Source of the DNA: Oopsacas minuta
Taxonomy: Eukaryota > Animalia > Porifera
DNA length: 64,000 nucleotides
Reading direction: 5' to 3'
Assembly (NCBI GenBank): GCA_024704765.1
Contig: JAKMXF010000099.1
Coordinates: 124,001 to 188,000 of the forward strand
Both the position numbers and the translations under genes were made by a program. The notes beneath the pieces were generated by a model, which made no database searches, was not told the origin of the DNA, and was given only the letters and a program-made list of their open reading frames with translations. Position 1 is the stretch's first letter; each line of letters starts with the position of its first letter. Shown piece by piece: positions 36,762 through 49,375 of the stretch.

Positions 36762-38375
36762 TACTCCTCTAAAGAAAGTTAATCACACAATAGTTTAGCC
36801 AAACCCATCCAATGTACAAACTTTAACATTTCGTATCATTTTGTGCCTTCCTTGAATCAGGTCGATAACTATGACTGTTAAATAGGATTTGATTAGGCCA
36901 AATTTTTCGAAAAATTTAGTCTATATCAATCTAAATTTTGTATATGTACCTAGCTTTAGAATTTCCAAACTCAAGAAAATTTCATCTTGATTGAGTTACT
37001 AATTTTCATTCGGTTAGCAACTTTGTCCCGGGTAACCGTAAATACTTAGTATTAGCTGGAATTGAGATGATTCCCTTCCTAGAGATTACTCCCAATTAAG
37101 AGGATTATCCGATTTATCGTTGTCCCAATTCAGCAGAGCTAACTGTATTTTAAGTCATTTAAGAGTATATCAAATGATTTTCATTCTGTATTCCATAATG
37201 CTGCTGATATTCTAGTAATGTGCCACGCCTGCCACTTGTGATACAAATATGAAAATGTATATATATCAACGAAGTTGTCTCTAAACAATTTGAAATTTCC
37301 ACATCTGAATTGTTCCATCTAATTTGAAGTATATGCTATCTACTATTGACTATTTATTAGCTCATTATCTATTTAATATTCAAAGTGTGCCTTGAAATAC
37401 CAATTTCAGATTATTCATCTACTTCGTCAGGACAATATTAACAAACATAGTCAAAGAATTATTCTGGCATATTTTCATATGCATATTCAAATATCCTACA
37501 TATTTCTAAGGTTGACGATAGTATATTTTGTGGTGTGGAAGTACTTTTGTTCTGTTGGTGCACCGGCTCTCCAAAGTGTAATTCAGCTTACCCCTTCACC
37601 ATGTATTAGATCTCCGCTTACCACCATTATCAAGAATATGTACAATCACAAAACAATGAACTATTTTATATGAAAAACTCTCGTAAACTTCACTATTATA
37701 AATGATTGTCAAATTGTTTAAGTTCCAACATATATTTAATAGTTGTATTAATACACTATGCCGCTTAAACTAATGCAGTACAATTACCAACTGAGTGCTT
37801 GGGCGTAGTCCCAGGGTAGGGCCAGGGGCCTCATTCACTAAAGTTCTAAACTGAAAATCTTAGAATTATTCTTAGATTTTGCTGTAATTCTTAGAAATCA
37901 TCAATACTTAAGATAAAATCTTAGAATAAGTTTAATTGGTATTCACTAGAGTTCTAAACTGAAATTCTTAGAAATTTCTTAGAACTTTTGATATTCTTAG
38001 AAAATACCCAAATTCTAGGAAATATTCTTAGAATTTATCCGAATTCTAAGCGAAATTTTAAGTGAGGTAGGGGGTTGACTTAATTTGATTCTAAAAATTT
38101 TTGAAATCAAATATTATTATTATCCATTTGACAACAGAGGAAATTAGTAAACTAGATTTACTAGTAATAGTGTCAATTTTGAATTAACACTCACAAAGTT
38201 GTATGACATCTTCGGTTAGTATTGTGTTGATCTATAAATATTCACCACCGCTGCTGAGTAGAGTTAATTCTTAATGGATACTGTTTTGACATAACATTGC
38301 TATTGACTAGTAGTATAAATAGTAATATGAAAAACCTGTTAAAATTCAACTGACCTTTCTGAAGCAGCTTATAAC

Positions 38376-39155
38376 ATGACAAGTGACCAAACGAAAACTC
38401 GCGCGAAAGATTCTCTGATGATGAAGTTATGAGCATTGTAGGCATAATAGAAGAAAATAAATCAAACATTTTCGGAGCCCTAAGTTCTACCCACACAGTT
38501 GATGAGAAGAACAAAATCTGGGAAGAAATAGCTGGTAAAATTTCGGACAGGTATGGGGGTACAATGACAAGGGATGAGATTTGCAAGAAGTGGTACAATA
38601 CATTAAAAAATATAAGCCTCGAATAGCAGATAAATCGCTTCTGCTATAAGGACAGGAGGAGGGCCAACTGAAGAATGCTTAGATGAACTAGAGGCAAATA
38701 TTTTCTCCATAAAGGGAAAGGAGGCATTTGAAGGGATTGGATCAGGCATTGAGCTCTCACTAGAACGACCCTTACCAGTGATAATATAAGATGAGTCGAT
38801 GATTATAAGCCCAACACACTCTCAGGAATTCAAGATCTCTAAAGAAACATCAACTCAAATAAAAAGGAAACTTTCAGACACAGAGACAAGTGGATATGAA
38901 TCCATTAAACAGACACTACTAAACAGTGAGGGAGAGAAACTGAAGTTGCTAAAATTAATTCATTCCAAATTAGATCGGGTTGGGAGCATTTTTGAACGAG
39001 TCGCTGAGGATCAGTCCAAAATACTATCGTGGATGGTTCACAGCCACACACCACAATATCCATGTTGCCTCCACCCTTTCCATCTACTAATTTTCATTAA
39101 TCTCAGCCATTGTATCCTTGTCAGGACGAATATCACAAACAGAGAACTTTCATGA
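38376..39155 (+). pseudogene. Harbinger Myb/SANT-like DNA-binding protein, frameshifted
   Basis: RAK(R)FSDDEVMSIVGIIEENKSNIFG..KNKIWEEIAGKIS..TRDEICKKWYN, then KTGGGP in a shifted frame. Confidence 0.85.
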
Positions 39156-39212
39156 ATTCATCACATGCTAGTTCATAAACTTCATTATCACTACCAATTC
39201 ATTCATCAATTA

Positions 39213-41933
39213 CACTGCTCAACAATTTTTTTTCATTTTTTGTTGCATGAGATTTTTCAATTGATTCTATATAATTTTGGGATGCTGATTTCAAATCTGC
39301 AATCAGTTTCTTTCTGCATGCTCTAGTTTTCATGCAATCGACAATTTAAATTTTTTCGTTTGTGGTACTTATTTAGTACATAAATCTGATCTCCACCAAA
39401 TACTTTTTATCTATCAAGCCATTTTTCTTAGATTGTAGCTGTTACTATGATTTAGTAATGGCTTCAATCTATTGAAAACAAAAGCACCACTCTATTGTTC
39501 TCTGAAAACATGACACTATTAGCGAAGTGTCAAAATTTAAATAAATCAAAAATCATCATGTTGATTTTTTGAAATGATTTAATTCAAACAACCCTAAGTG
39601 ATTGTAGTGAAGTATCGTGGATAGATGCAGCAGAATAGGCATTTAAGCTGTATTTTTCCGCTCGTCTGCTGGTAGCCTTAATTAGAACCAAGGTTTTGTT
39701 ATTCAGTTTGTTTGTGTTAAGTTACATAGATATCAACAGACTTTCTTTCGATTCTTAACTCTTCAGATTTGATCATGGCTTCTTCTAGTAGACATAAATG
39801 CAAAAATAACCCTGATTCATTTTGTTACATCTGTGGTGTGTATACGCTTTCGCGTCAAAGACGAAATATAACATCGTTTGTGAAGCGTGCCTACATAGCA
39901 TACTTTGGTATCCCTCTTGGTGATCAAGATAAGAAATGGTCTCCTCATATTGTGTGCCATAACTGCGAAGAAATGCTCCGAGACTGGACAAAAGGAAAGC
40001 GGAAGGGTCTGCCTTTTGCCATTCCAATGGTGTGGCGTGAACCCCAAGACCACACGACTGACTGCTACTTTTGCATGGTCAATACAAAAGGTGTTGGCAA
40101 GAAGAGCCGACAAACGCTTTCTTATCCTAGTATACCATCAGCTATGCGACCTGTCCCGCACTCTGATAGACTTCCTCCTCCGGTTTTTAGTGGTTTTGCT
40201 TTTCCTAATGATGAAGAAACTAAATTGGAAAGGGAAGAGATCGTAGAGATGGAATATCAAAAAACAGACACAGAATCAGAATCTGAAGATTCTTCTTGTG
40301 AAACCAGAGTAACTGTCCAGCAGTTTAATCAATCAGAACTGAATGACTTAGTACGTGATTTAGATCTGCCCAAGCAAGCAGCTGAGCTCTTAGCCTCCAG
40401 GCTCAAAGAAAAACAGGTGCTGGATCAATCTGTAAAGGTTTCCTTTTTTCGAAAAAGAGAAGAACTCCTTCTGCCTTATTTTTCAGTAGAAAATAAGCTG
40501 GTATATTGCAACGATATTCCTGGTCTTCTCGGACAACTGGGTATCTCCTCATATGATCCAGGAGAATGGCGATTGTTTTTGGACAGTTCCAAGCGCAGCC
40601 TCAAGTGTGTTCTTTTACACAATGGAAATGTTTATGGAGCTGTTCCAGTTGGTCACTCCACTGTCTTGAAGGAACAGCATGATGACATTAGAATTGTTAT
40701 GGATTTACTCGGATATCATGATCACAACTGGATCATTTGTGTTGACCTCAAAATGGTTAGTTTTCTGCTAGATCAGCAAAAAGGATACACTAAATTTCCA
40801 TGTTATCTGTGCATGTGGGACAGCAGAGCACGTGAAAAACATTGGATACAGAAGGAGTGGCCCTTACGTGAAACATTTCAAGCTGGCATGCCTAACGTAA
40901 CACACGACCCGATCGTAAGCAGAGACAAAATTGTTTTTCCACCCCTGCACATCAAGCTAGGTCTGATGAAACAGTTCGTTAAAGCCCTAAATCCTGACAA
41001 TGAATCCTTTCATCATCTTGTGTATACTTTCCCTGCTTTGTCATATGATAAAATCAAAGCAGGAGTGTTTGATGGACCACAGATACGTACACTTATTCGC
41101 GACAAAAACTTCATTCAGAAAATGAATGTCAGGGAGAAAGCTGCATGGCTATCTTTTGTGGATGTTATACAGAACTTTCTTGGTAACAGAAAAGCTCCAA
41201 ACTATGAAATGCTTGTATCCAAGATGCTCTCAGGGTTTCGTGATTTGGGATGCAACATGAGCATAATAGTACATTTTCTGTACAGCCACCTGGACAAATT
41301 CCCTGAAAACCCTGGGGCTGTCAGTGACGAACAGGGAGAGCGTTTCCACCAGGATCTTATGACAGTGGAAGAACGTTACCAAGGTCGATGGGATCGACAT
41401 ATGATGGCAGACTATTGTTGAGGCATTAAACGTGACTGTCCTCACAAAGCGTACAAACGCAGAAGTTATAAGAGGAAATTTTGTCCAGATTTGTAGAATA
41501 TTTGAATCTTTTGCATCTTGTCATTGATCGCTTTAAGTTACTATTGTAGATTGCCATCGTTCTTTTCTACGTTATTTTGCAAAAAAAAAATCAATTTTTA
41601 CATGCATATTACCAGCAAAACTGTTGTTTTTTACATTTTTTAAAACATTTGTTGCCCATCTGTCTACAAATACAATTTCTATTGGCAACATAAAAGTTTT
41701 TTGGCACCTATTTTTGTTTTGAGGCTAGTTATTCAACTGTAAGCAGAACATCATTTGACAAATCATGCCACTTTTTCAAAAAATATGAATTTTGTGCAAA
41801 AAAATTAAAAATTTCGATTTGCAAAAAATCTAGAGCTTGCGGAAAAAACTAAGGTCGGATTCGGATTCAGCGCCCCAATATTAGGTAAAAACAAGTGTTG
41901 GTAGAAATGCAACAAAATTTTTGTTGAGCAGTG
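39213..41933 (+). mobile_element. Chapaev3-like DNA transposon (2721 bp)
   Basis: TIR CACTGCTCAACAA / TTGTTGAGCAGTG; 3-bp TTA on both sides (39210-12, 41934-36). CAC termini with a TWA duplication are the reported Chapaev3 signature. Confidence 0.85.
39775..41496 (+). pseudogene. Chapaev-like transposase, open for 548 codons, then one TGA at the expected Trp 25 codons before the natural stop
   Basis: N-terminal Cys/His cluster (CYICG, PHIVCHNC, CYFC); FLDSSKRS, CVDLK, CYLC, PPLHIKLG, SDEQGERFHQ. MMADYC* at 41419-21 is followed in frame by GIKRDCP..KRKFCPDL*. Confidence 0.85.
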
Positions 41934-42039
41934 TTATTAATTACTATCTTGAGTTAGGTCATCTTGGAATACGATTAAAACCCAATTACACAAATTTAAC
42001 TAATATATCACAATACATCTTAACTGAACTAATTAATAA

Positions 42040-42974
42040 CTATCTATTTAACCCATGATCAATGCAGAAGTTATGTAAAACCATGGCAAAAATAAATAGT
42101 TTGCAAACCACTTCAGCACTATAATATAAGCTTCCACCGGTTTTATCCATTGACCTCTACCGACTCTTCCATATGCCAAATGTGCAGTCCATTGTTTTTC
42201 TGGTTTTTAAAAGGCTTGATTGTATCTTCTTTCGCTAGAAGTAACTGGTGAAAGAATTGGGGTCATTAAGTTAGAGTTCAGCGGATGTCCATTGTCACCC
42301 AAAAACCATCCATCAACGGTCTGAATTTTCAGATGCAGAAATTCGTTGTTTGATTGCCGATTGTTTCCACATAAAGGTATCGTGAGTACTCCCAGGCCAC
42401 TTCACAACTGCATCAATAAAGCGATATTCATCATCGCATATAGCTTGCACATTAATAGAGTGATAACCTTTTCGGTTGACGTAAAGAGGTCAGTTAATAG
42501 AGGGTGCAACAATGGGAACATGGGATCCATCGATGCATCCCAAAACTTTGGGAAATCCAAACTTCTTTTGGAAACCTCGCTGCATTTTCTTTGAACAGCT
42601 TCATTTGGGAAGCAAATGAAATCACTGGCACAAGAGCAGAGGGCGTTTGATACATTACCGATGCATCTTGAGAGCGAAGGCTGCGAAATACCATGGCATG
42701 AAGCAACTACTGTTTGTAAACTGCCAGTAGCTAAAAACTGCAAAGTGGCAGCCAATTGAGTAGATGTAGAGATAGCATGTGAACGATAGGTGGTTCGGGA
42801 CATATATGTATCCAACTTTCGATTAATTCAATGAATATCCCTCCATTAACTCAGTAACTAGAAATGAAGTCGAGATTGGTATACGCGTCAAGAGGATTCA
42901 AACGATCTCGAAACCCCCTGACGACGTATGCTTTGATTTGATTCGCTCTCGAGGAGGAAAAATATTGCGGGCAT
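42040..42974 (-). pseudogene. Harbinger (HARBI1-like, DDE_Tnp_4) nuclease, disrupted
   Basis: FRDRLNPLD; QLAATLQFLATGS; GCIDGSHVPI; NRKGYHSINVQAICD; KWPGSTHD; CTFGIWKSR; VLHNFCI. Confidence 0.9.
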
Positions 42975-43389
42975 TGGTGAAATATAATGCCAGCAAAATA
43001 AATTCATTATTTTGAATCGGAAAGTTTTCATTAAATACTAGCTGCTGAGAAATTTCTATTTACCACAAACTATTTGGTAATGAATTGATTCGTTGCTACT
43101 AAAGGTATAATTTACAGTGTTAACCACTCGCTAATCGGTGATGATGAATGGAATATTTCTCAAATAGTGTTCTTAGAATTTTCTTAGATTTACAACAATT
43201 CTGAATATACTTCTTAGTATCGTTAAAGAATTTGAAGTTATAGAATTCTTTGTGAATTCTAAGAAATTCACCGCAATTCTAAGAAATATTCTTATAATAA
43301 CACTTAGAATTAACTTAAGAAAAATTCTAAGAAGTTTAGTGAATAAGGCCCCTGGTCCTCAAACAGCTTCATATACTCATACCAATATG

Positions 43390-43413
43390 CAGCAGAACTC
43401 GGATAAGACGTAC
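43390..43413 (+). mobile_element. Solo end of the 33343 pogo-MITE family
   Basis: CAGCAGAACTCGGATAAGACGTAC, 23/24 identical to the MITE TIR. Confidence 0.7.
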
Positions 43414-43945
43414 TGTTCTCAAAAACTAATCATAAATCTATATTGTTAAAATTGTTATTTTTTTGTTTGTTTGTCTGTTGTTAAGTGTAGGATTTTGGAA
43501 TATTGTATAGAATTGCAATTTCTCAACTCAGATATGTCGGAGAACTATAATTTTATCCTGTTTATCCAGAAAGTAAACATAATTCGATAAAACTTGTCTA
43601 TTCATATTGAGTATGTTGAATCCAAATTCGCACTTTCAAGTTTCTCATATGTAAATATTTTGTGGCTTTATGCATTTAAATTGTATCATTTTTATACGTA
43701 TAGACTTGAAGTTGCTAATGATATCATATTCACTCAAGATATTTATTATATATAATCTCTTTATGGTAATAGAGCTAAGTATATGCTACATGAAATTTAT
43801 TACCCTGTGTATATTCTACATATAATGATTGTCATCAATAGTTAAAACTTAAGGGTATCGATTTGAATAGTATTTTATATATTTCGGCAAGGTTTTGCTG
43901 TTGAAGTTTTAAGCATGATAAATTCTTCATCGTATCTAATATATA

Positions 43946-45302
43946 CACTAAGCGAACAAAAGTATTTGCACAGTCTAATAATCAGTTGTTAGAAAGTAGA
44001 AACAATAATGTAGATTATATCAATGATAGTTCTAAAGGAATTGAAATCGATACGTAATTGAGTAAATATCCCTAATCGCTAATTGTTTATAATATGCATG
44101 TAATCTTTTCTAATACTAGCTTTAGTATTTTGTAGGGTTGCCCTTGGCTTATCTTAAATCGTCCATTCTCTTTGGCAAGCTTTCGTAGAGTAGGTTGATT
44201 TGTTCGACTGCCAGGTTGCTCCATTGCCTTATTAGATCTTCTTTTAACTGTGCAAGAGTATTTGGCTAATTTTCCTGCTTCCTGACTAGTCGCAGCAGGA
44301 TATCCCATAAACTTTCTATGATGTTTAGATTTGGTGATTGGGGTGGCCAATTCATCACATCTATCTTTATTTTTGTCCAAACCAACTTTTGACTACTTTT
44401 GCAGTATGGCTTGGTGCATTGTCCTGCATAAATGTTAACATACGATTTCCTCTCCTGAACTTCTTCCAAAGTGTTTTCGAAAATGGCTCTAAATTTGAGA
44501 AATATATGAATCACCATTTAAAATATTTTAACCTCTATTAATGGGTCAATTTGTCCATAGCCGATGCAACCTCAAAATATTACACTTCTTCCTCCACCTC
44601 GAATAGTTTTAGTCGTGCATTCAGGTAGCTAACGTTCTTCTTTTGTGCGCCAAACCTTTACCCTACCATCGGCATTTTTCATTGGTTTATCCCCCAATTT
44701 TTGTGAGATTCATAAAACTTAACCTTTTCTTCTTATTGGCTGCTAACACCAAAGGCTTCTTACAAGGCCTTCTGGCCCAAAATCCATTTTATGTAGTTCC
44801 CTACTGATAATTTTTGATGAAACCTTTATTTTCTTACTATCATTATATCCTTCAGTGATGTGTCGTAAAGTGTTCCTTCGATTTTGCTTCACAATTTTCT
44901 TTAAATATCTCACTCCTCTAGGGCTAACTTTCTTTAGACGCCCGGACCTCAGTAAGTTATGAGTAGATCCTGTCTTCTTCCACCTTCTGACAATGAAAGA
45001 GACTGTAGATGGTGGAAGAGATAATGTCCTTCCTATTCCTCGGATAGTATGCCCACCGATATGCAAACCAACACAGACTTTTGAGTGCTTATTGTATTTG
45101 CTTTGTTTTTGGCATAGTAATTTCGCAGATAAATACGCACTATAAAAGTAGAATAAGTATTCAATTGAAGCAAATGGAGATTTAACAATAGATAGGACTA
45201 TAATAAACAAAGAGCTGTAATGATGTAAATATACAATGTAACCTAGATATTAGGGATAAATATTTCAAATGTTTTCCTATGTGCAAGTACTTTTTTCTAC
45301 TT
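43946..45302 (-). mobile_element. Decayed Tc1 element
   Basis: Degenerate TIR core AAAAGTA(T/C)TTGCACA at both ends; HTH region STVSFIVRRWKKTGS..RSGRLKKVS, DGRVKVWR, WPPQSPNLNIIESLW. Confidence 0.8.
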
Positions 45303-46494
45303 TATATTGTTCGTAGTAATTCTGGTTACTATCTAGTTTAACTCACCAGGCCAATGACCTCCACATAGTTTCTCAATAAACTCAGCTGTTATATTTACAA
45401 CGATCAAAGATGGCAAATATAAGATCAGTCTCTGTTTGCGCGAGAAAGTTGGGATGTTGTGGATCGGTCTCTTGATAAACTTAACAGCCTGATACTGACA
45501 CCAAATATCTTCAAAGTATGGGCAATTTCTTTGGTTAATCTCCACATTAGTATCGTTGGCACCAAGATGAAGCGGAATAGCATTGACTGCTTTGATTCTT
45601 GCATAACATTTGAATTGTTTCCATTTGTTCCTTTGCACTGCAAGACCATAGTAACTTGCAATTTGTGTGCACATAATATTCGTGAAATTTGGGTCACTAT
45701 GAATCTAACCAGAAATGCTCATATCCTGTAACTATGAAGCTTAACTCCAATCGGTCAAATTCATAGAAATTGGGAACACTGTTGGACTACCTCGTGTTGA
45801 TTACATATTGGAGAAACAACTGGTAACATCGCACGTGACACCACTCCATTAATTTCGTAAAATTGGTGATACAGCTGAACGGAATACACAAATTGTGGAA
45901 ATTGGGGCTATTCTTCACAACAGTTTGTAAAGCTTGTATAAATTGGTATCTTATTGACCCCTTTGAAACATGATTTTTGAAAATCCCAAAGGGTGATAAT
46001 GAAGTCATAATTTCGTCCTAGGTGTCAATTTCTTCAAGACTCAAACTTGTCCGAGCCAGGCTAAATGCTCCTGTCTGTCAACAATCAGGCCTGGGGGACT
46101 TCCAGTTTCTTTAATAAATTCGGACATACTAGCATATATTTAAATACACATATGCACATATACAGATTAATTGTTTTAATAGTATACGTAGATGTAGCCA
46201 GTATCCCCTAACCATCATTTTCTTCCCTTTTTATTGTCGATATGTGCTTATGCACAACATTAGATGTATTCGTATGTATACAATATGCATACGAATGTTG
46301 CCTTCTGTTAACATGAGGTGTTGCAAGCCTCAGAGCTCTAGTAAGTGGAGCGAGCTTGTATTATTAGATATGGTATGCATAAATGGAGGAAGCAAAATCT
46401 AGTACCAGGAATAGCGAAATCAATGGATAGAATTGAAAAACATGACCAAACTTGGTTGAAACAGATCAAACTGAATATCTATATAAATGAATAG

Positions 46495-47330
46495 CAACCT
46501 AACCAAATATTGATGTTATTCCGTTTGACCAACCGAATACTGATGATATTCGGTTTAAGCAACCAATAATACTGATAATATTGGGTTTGGACCAGTGCGG
46601 GATTTCCCCTGGAGTGGCCAGAAACATGGTCGACATTGGTCAGTGCCACCCCAAATTTAAATTTTTACACAATAGAAAGTACCATATTTTATAGTGCAGG
46701 GGTCTCTATCAATATTGTGTGGGAATAAATGACTGACCTGAAGTGGTATGATGGGTAATAACATATTTCAAAAGTAACCAATATAGAAATGAACTAGTCT
46801 ATGACATATCACATACTACTCACTAAAAATTATAATCTATCTAAACAATCAGGACTTTTCGAGCTTTCCTTGAAGCGAAGGTACGCACAATATCATCGAA
46901 AACAATTAACTTTTGAAATCACACGAAAGAAGAATGTACAATTTCTAGAACTGATTAGAACCATTAAATTAAGCAAATAGAGATTTCGAAATGCAAGAAT
47001 ATTAATTTAATAATCTAGTTAGGAATTGTAGAATAAAACCGTAGAAAATATTGGAATCATAGAATGATCTAGAATATTGAGATAATTTAATCTCATACAG
47101 TTTTCCAAATTATACTAAAATCAATGTAATGGTGTTCAGGAGTATATTATTGATATGGAGTTCAATTTCTTAAGTTCGAATTGCAAATATATTTCTAATT
47201 TAGAAATTTTAGTCTCTAAGAACGACACTTTTTATAAATGGCCCGAAGGCTATAGCCTACTCAGCCTAATGGTAAATCCGACACTGGTTTAGACCAACCG
47301 AATACCGAATATTGAACTATTCGGTTGCAA
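46495..47330. repeat. Array of about four 30-bp mini-palindromes (AACCGAATA..TATTCGGTT), split by a hAT insertion
   Basis: Three units at about 46500-46590 and one at about 47295-47328; probably a MITE body. Confidence 0.55.
46593..47286. mobile_element. Non-autonomous hAT element (694 bp)
   Basis: TIR CAGTGCGGGATTTCCC / inward CAGTGTCGGATTTACC; 8-bp TSD GTTTGGAC / GTTTAGAC (7/8). Confidence 0.8.
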
Positions 47331-48516
47331 CCTTCAAAGAATGCTATCTTATTGTGATGTAAGGTATTCATGTGTCTGTGGTTTTGCACATGTTGTTTTG
47401 GCAATTATGAATATAACGCAATTCAAGTTGTAAGTATAGTGTATTCTGTCAACAAACTCGAAACCTTCTTGAATTCTAAGTCTCATACCTCTCACACTTT
47501 GACATGAAACTCCTTCAATCGAAGAAACTAAAACTAGTAGAGGAGAAATATTTGACGTTACTCCAACGATCCTGAGTATTGATATTTCTAGGCCTCGTTT
47601 ACACACAAACATTACAACAAGATGAGAGAATTGAATTTGCTAGGTCCCCAATGACGATATACACACATTAACAGAAAATTCAAATTGAATCTAGTAAGCT
47701 TTTCCAATATTGGGTATATACTTAAGTACAATTTCCCATCCCATTGGGATGGGAAGACTCGGAGGTTCTTGGCTGCTGTAAATTCCTACTACCAACCTGT
47801 CATAATTAATTCTAAATTATGAATAAACTTGAACCTCATTAATGCGAATTCTCGGAACAATAAGCAAAATTTGCACAAAATCTGGTCCCTCCGATTGTAA
47901 TTCAATTGATATTTCTCTAGTTAATTCTAACTCCGGATAAAGCTAATAAATTTTGGAATTAAGTGAATTGGAATCGAAATTGGAATTCAAAATTTCAATT
48001 TCCATTCCAATTCCCAACATCAAATTTGTCGTACTATGTAGGTCTTAAGGGCCAGGCAACCCTTAACAATGTCCATTAATTAATTTCCTGAATGTTTACT
48101 GTATTATGTTTAATTTGTTAATTTGGGAGATCCCAACTACAAACACAGTATTTCTGATAAAGAAAGGATACCATTGCTTATGTAGGAAGTGGCATTGCAA
48201 CATTTGTACTGGAAAGTGGAAGCAATAGTCAGTTTTGCAGTTCATTCTTTCCGAATAGATTGATCACTTACCGATGCCTCAAAGAAACTTGATTATTCAT
48301 CCATTATTTGAATAGCAACAAATTTATGACTATGTCAAGGAATGCACTCCATTAATACAATTCATAATCAATGTGTGATATGTACTTTTTAGAGAAAAGA
48401 ATAATAAATTTAACAAGATGGGCAGGGCGAACTCTCAATTTTCATATTCCGCATCTGAATTTTCATATCCTACAGCACTGTTGGAATGCTTCCCAATGCA
48501 TATTAAATATCAACTA

Positions 48517-48600
48517 CAGTGGAGTCTCCGAATAACGGACACGTTGGTGACATGACTTCTGTCCGTTGTAGAGAATTGTCCACTTCTCGGAGACTGGTCT
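48517..48600 (+). mobile_element. Solo pogo/Tigger-like left end
   Basis: TA-CAGTGGAGTCTCCGAATAACGGACAC followed by an inverted GTCCGTTGTAGAGA; no partner end seen. Confidence 0.4.
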
Positions 48601-49375
48601 ATCTTTTTGTCAAAACACTTAATATATATCATTTTGAATGCAGTTTTACGTGTATTAAAGTTGAATAGTTATGGGAGAAGTCACAAGTTTTATTATACTG
48701 TAATAAGAATGAATATAATATAGAGTGACGACTGATGAGCAACGCAAGCATATTGGCATTGCTTTATACTATATATTATAATGGGTCGCACATAATTCAG
48801 GAAGATAACTTTGTCTACTTGTTGACACTTGCAGACTAGCTACAGTATCTATTGTGGTGACTATGCCCATAGCTACTTCAACACATCCTCGAATTTCACA
48901 ATTTCGAGAAAGGAAGTAAATAAAGGATTTGCTGAGGTTATGGGAAAGAAAGAAATCAGGGGAGCAGGTTACGGATTAGAAATCCTATGTGTGTACCGCC
49001 TTTATTGACCCAGAGTTTACATTGACAAGATGAACGAATTGTTGAAAGTAATGAAGTTCCAGAGATTTACTATCCATGAAAGCACAATGGGACCACCAAA
49101 GAAATTACATACCTATTTCATGGAAATCATGATGATCACAGATACAGGTTAATTCCATTATCAGCTAGGGTATTCATATCTGATCTTAATTCATGAAAGT
49201 ATCTAACAATTACAAGTCAAATGGATTGACTGATACCGCCTTTCTTCTCCTGATCAACACTTTCGAACTAATTAAAGATTACATTATATAACGCTAAATG
49301 TGTCATTCAAGAGCCAAAATAATTAATCTTAATTACCCAATGCAAAGGCTATCATTGAACTCCTGTCTCTATCGC

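Larger units (their letters stand above)
37823..43354. mobile_element. PIF/Harbinger transposon with two convergent genes and a nested Chapaev3-like element
   Basis: Ends CAGGGGCCTCATTCACTAAA / TTTAGTGAATAAGGCCCCTG and long imperfect subterminal repeats. Exact terminus and 3-bp TSD are ambiguous (CAG / CTG). Confidence 0.88.
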
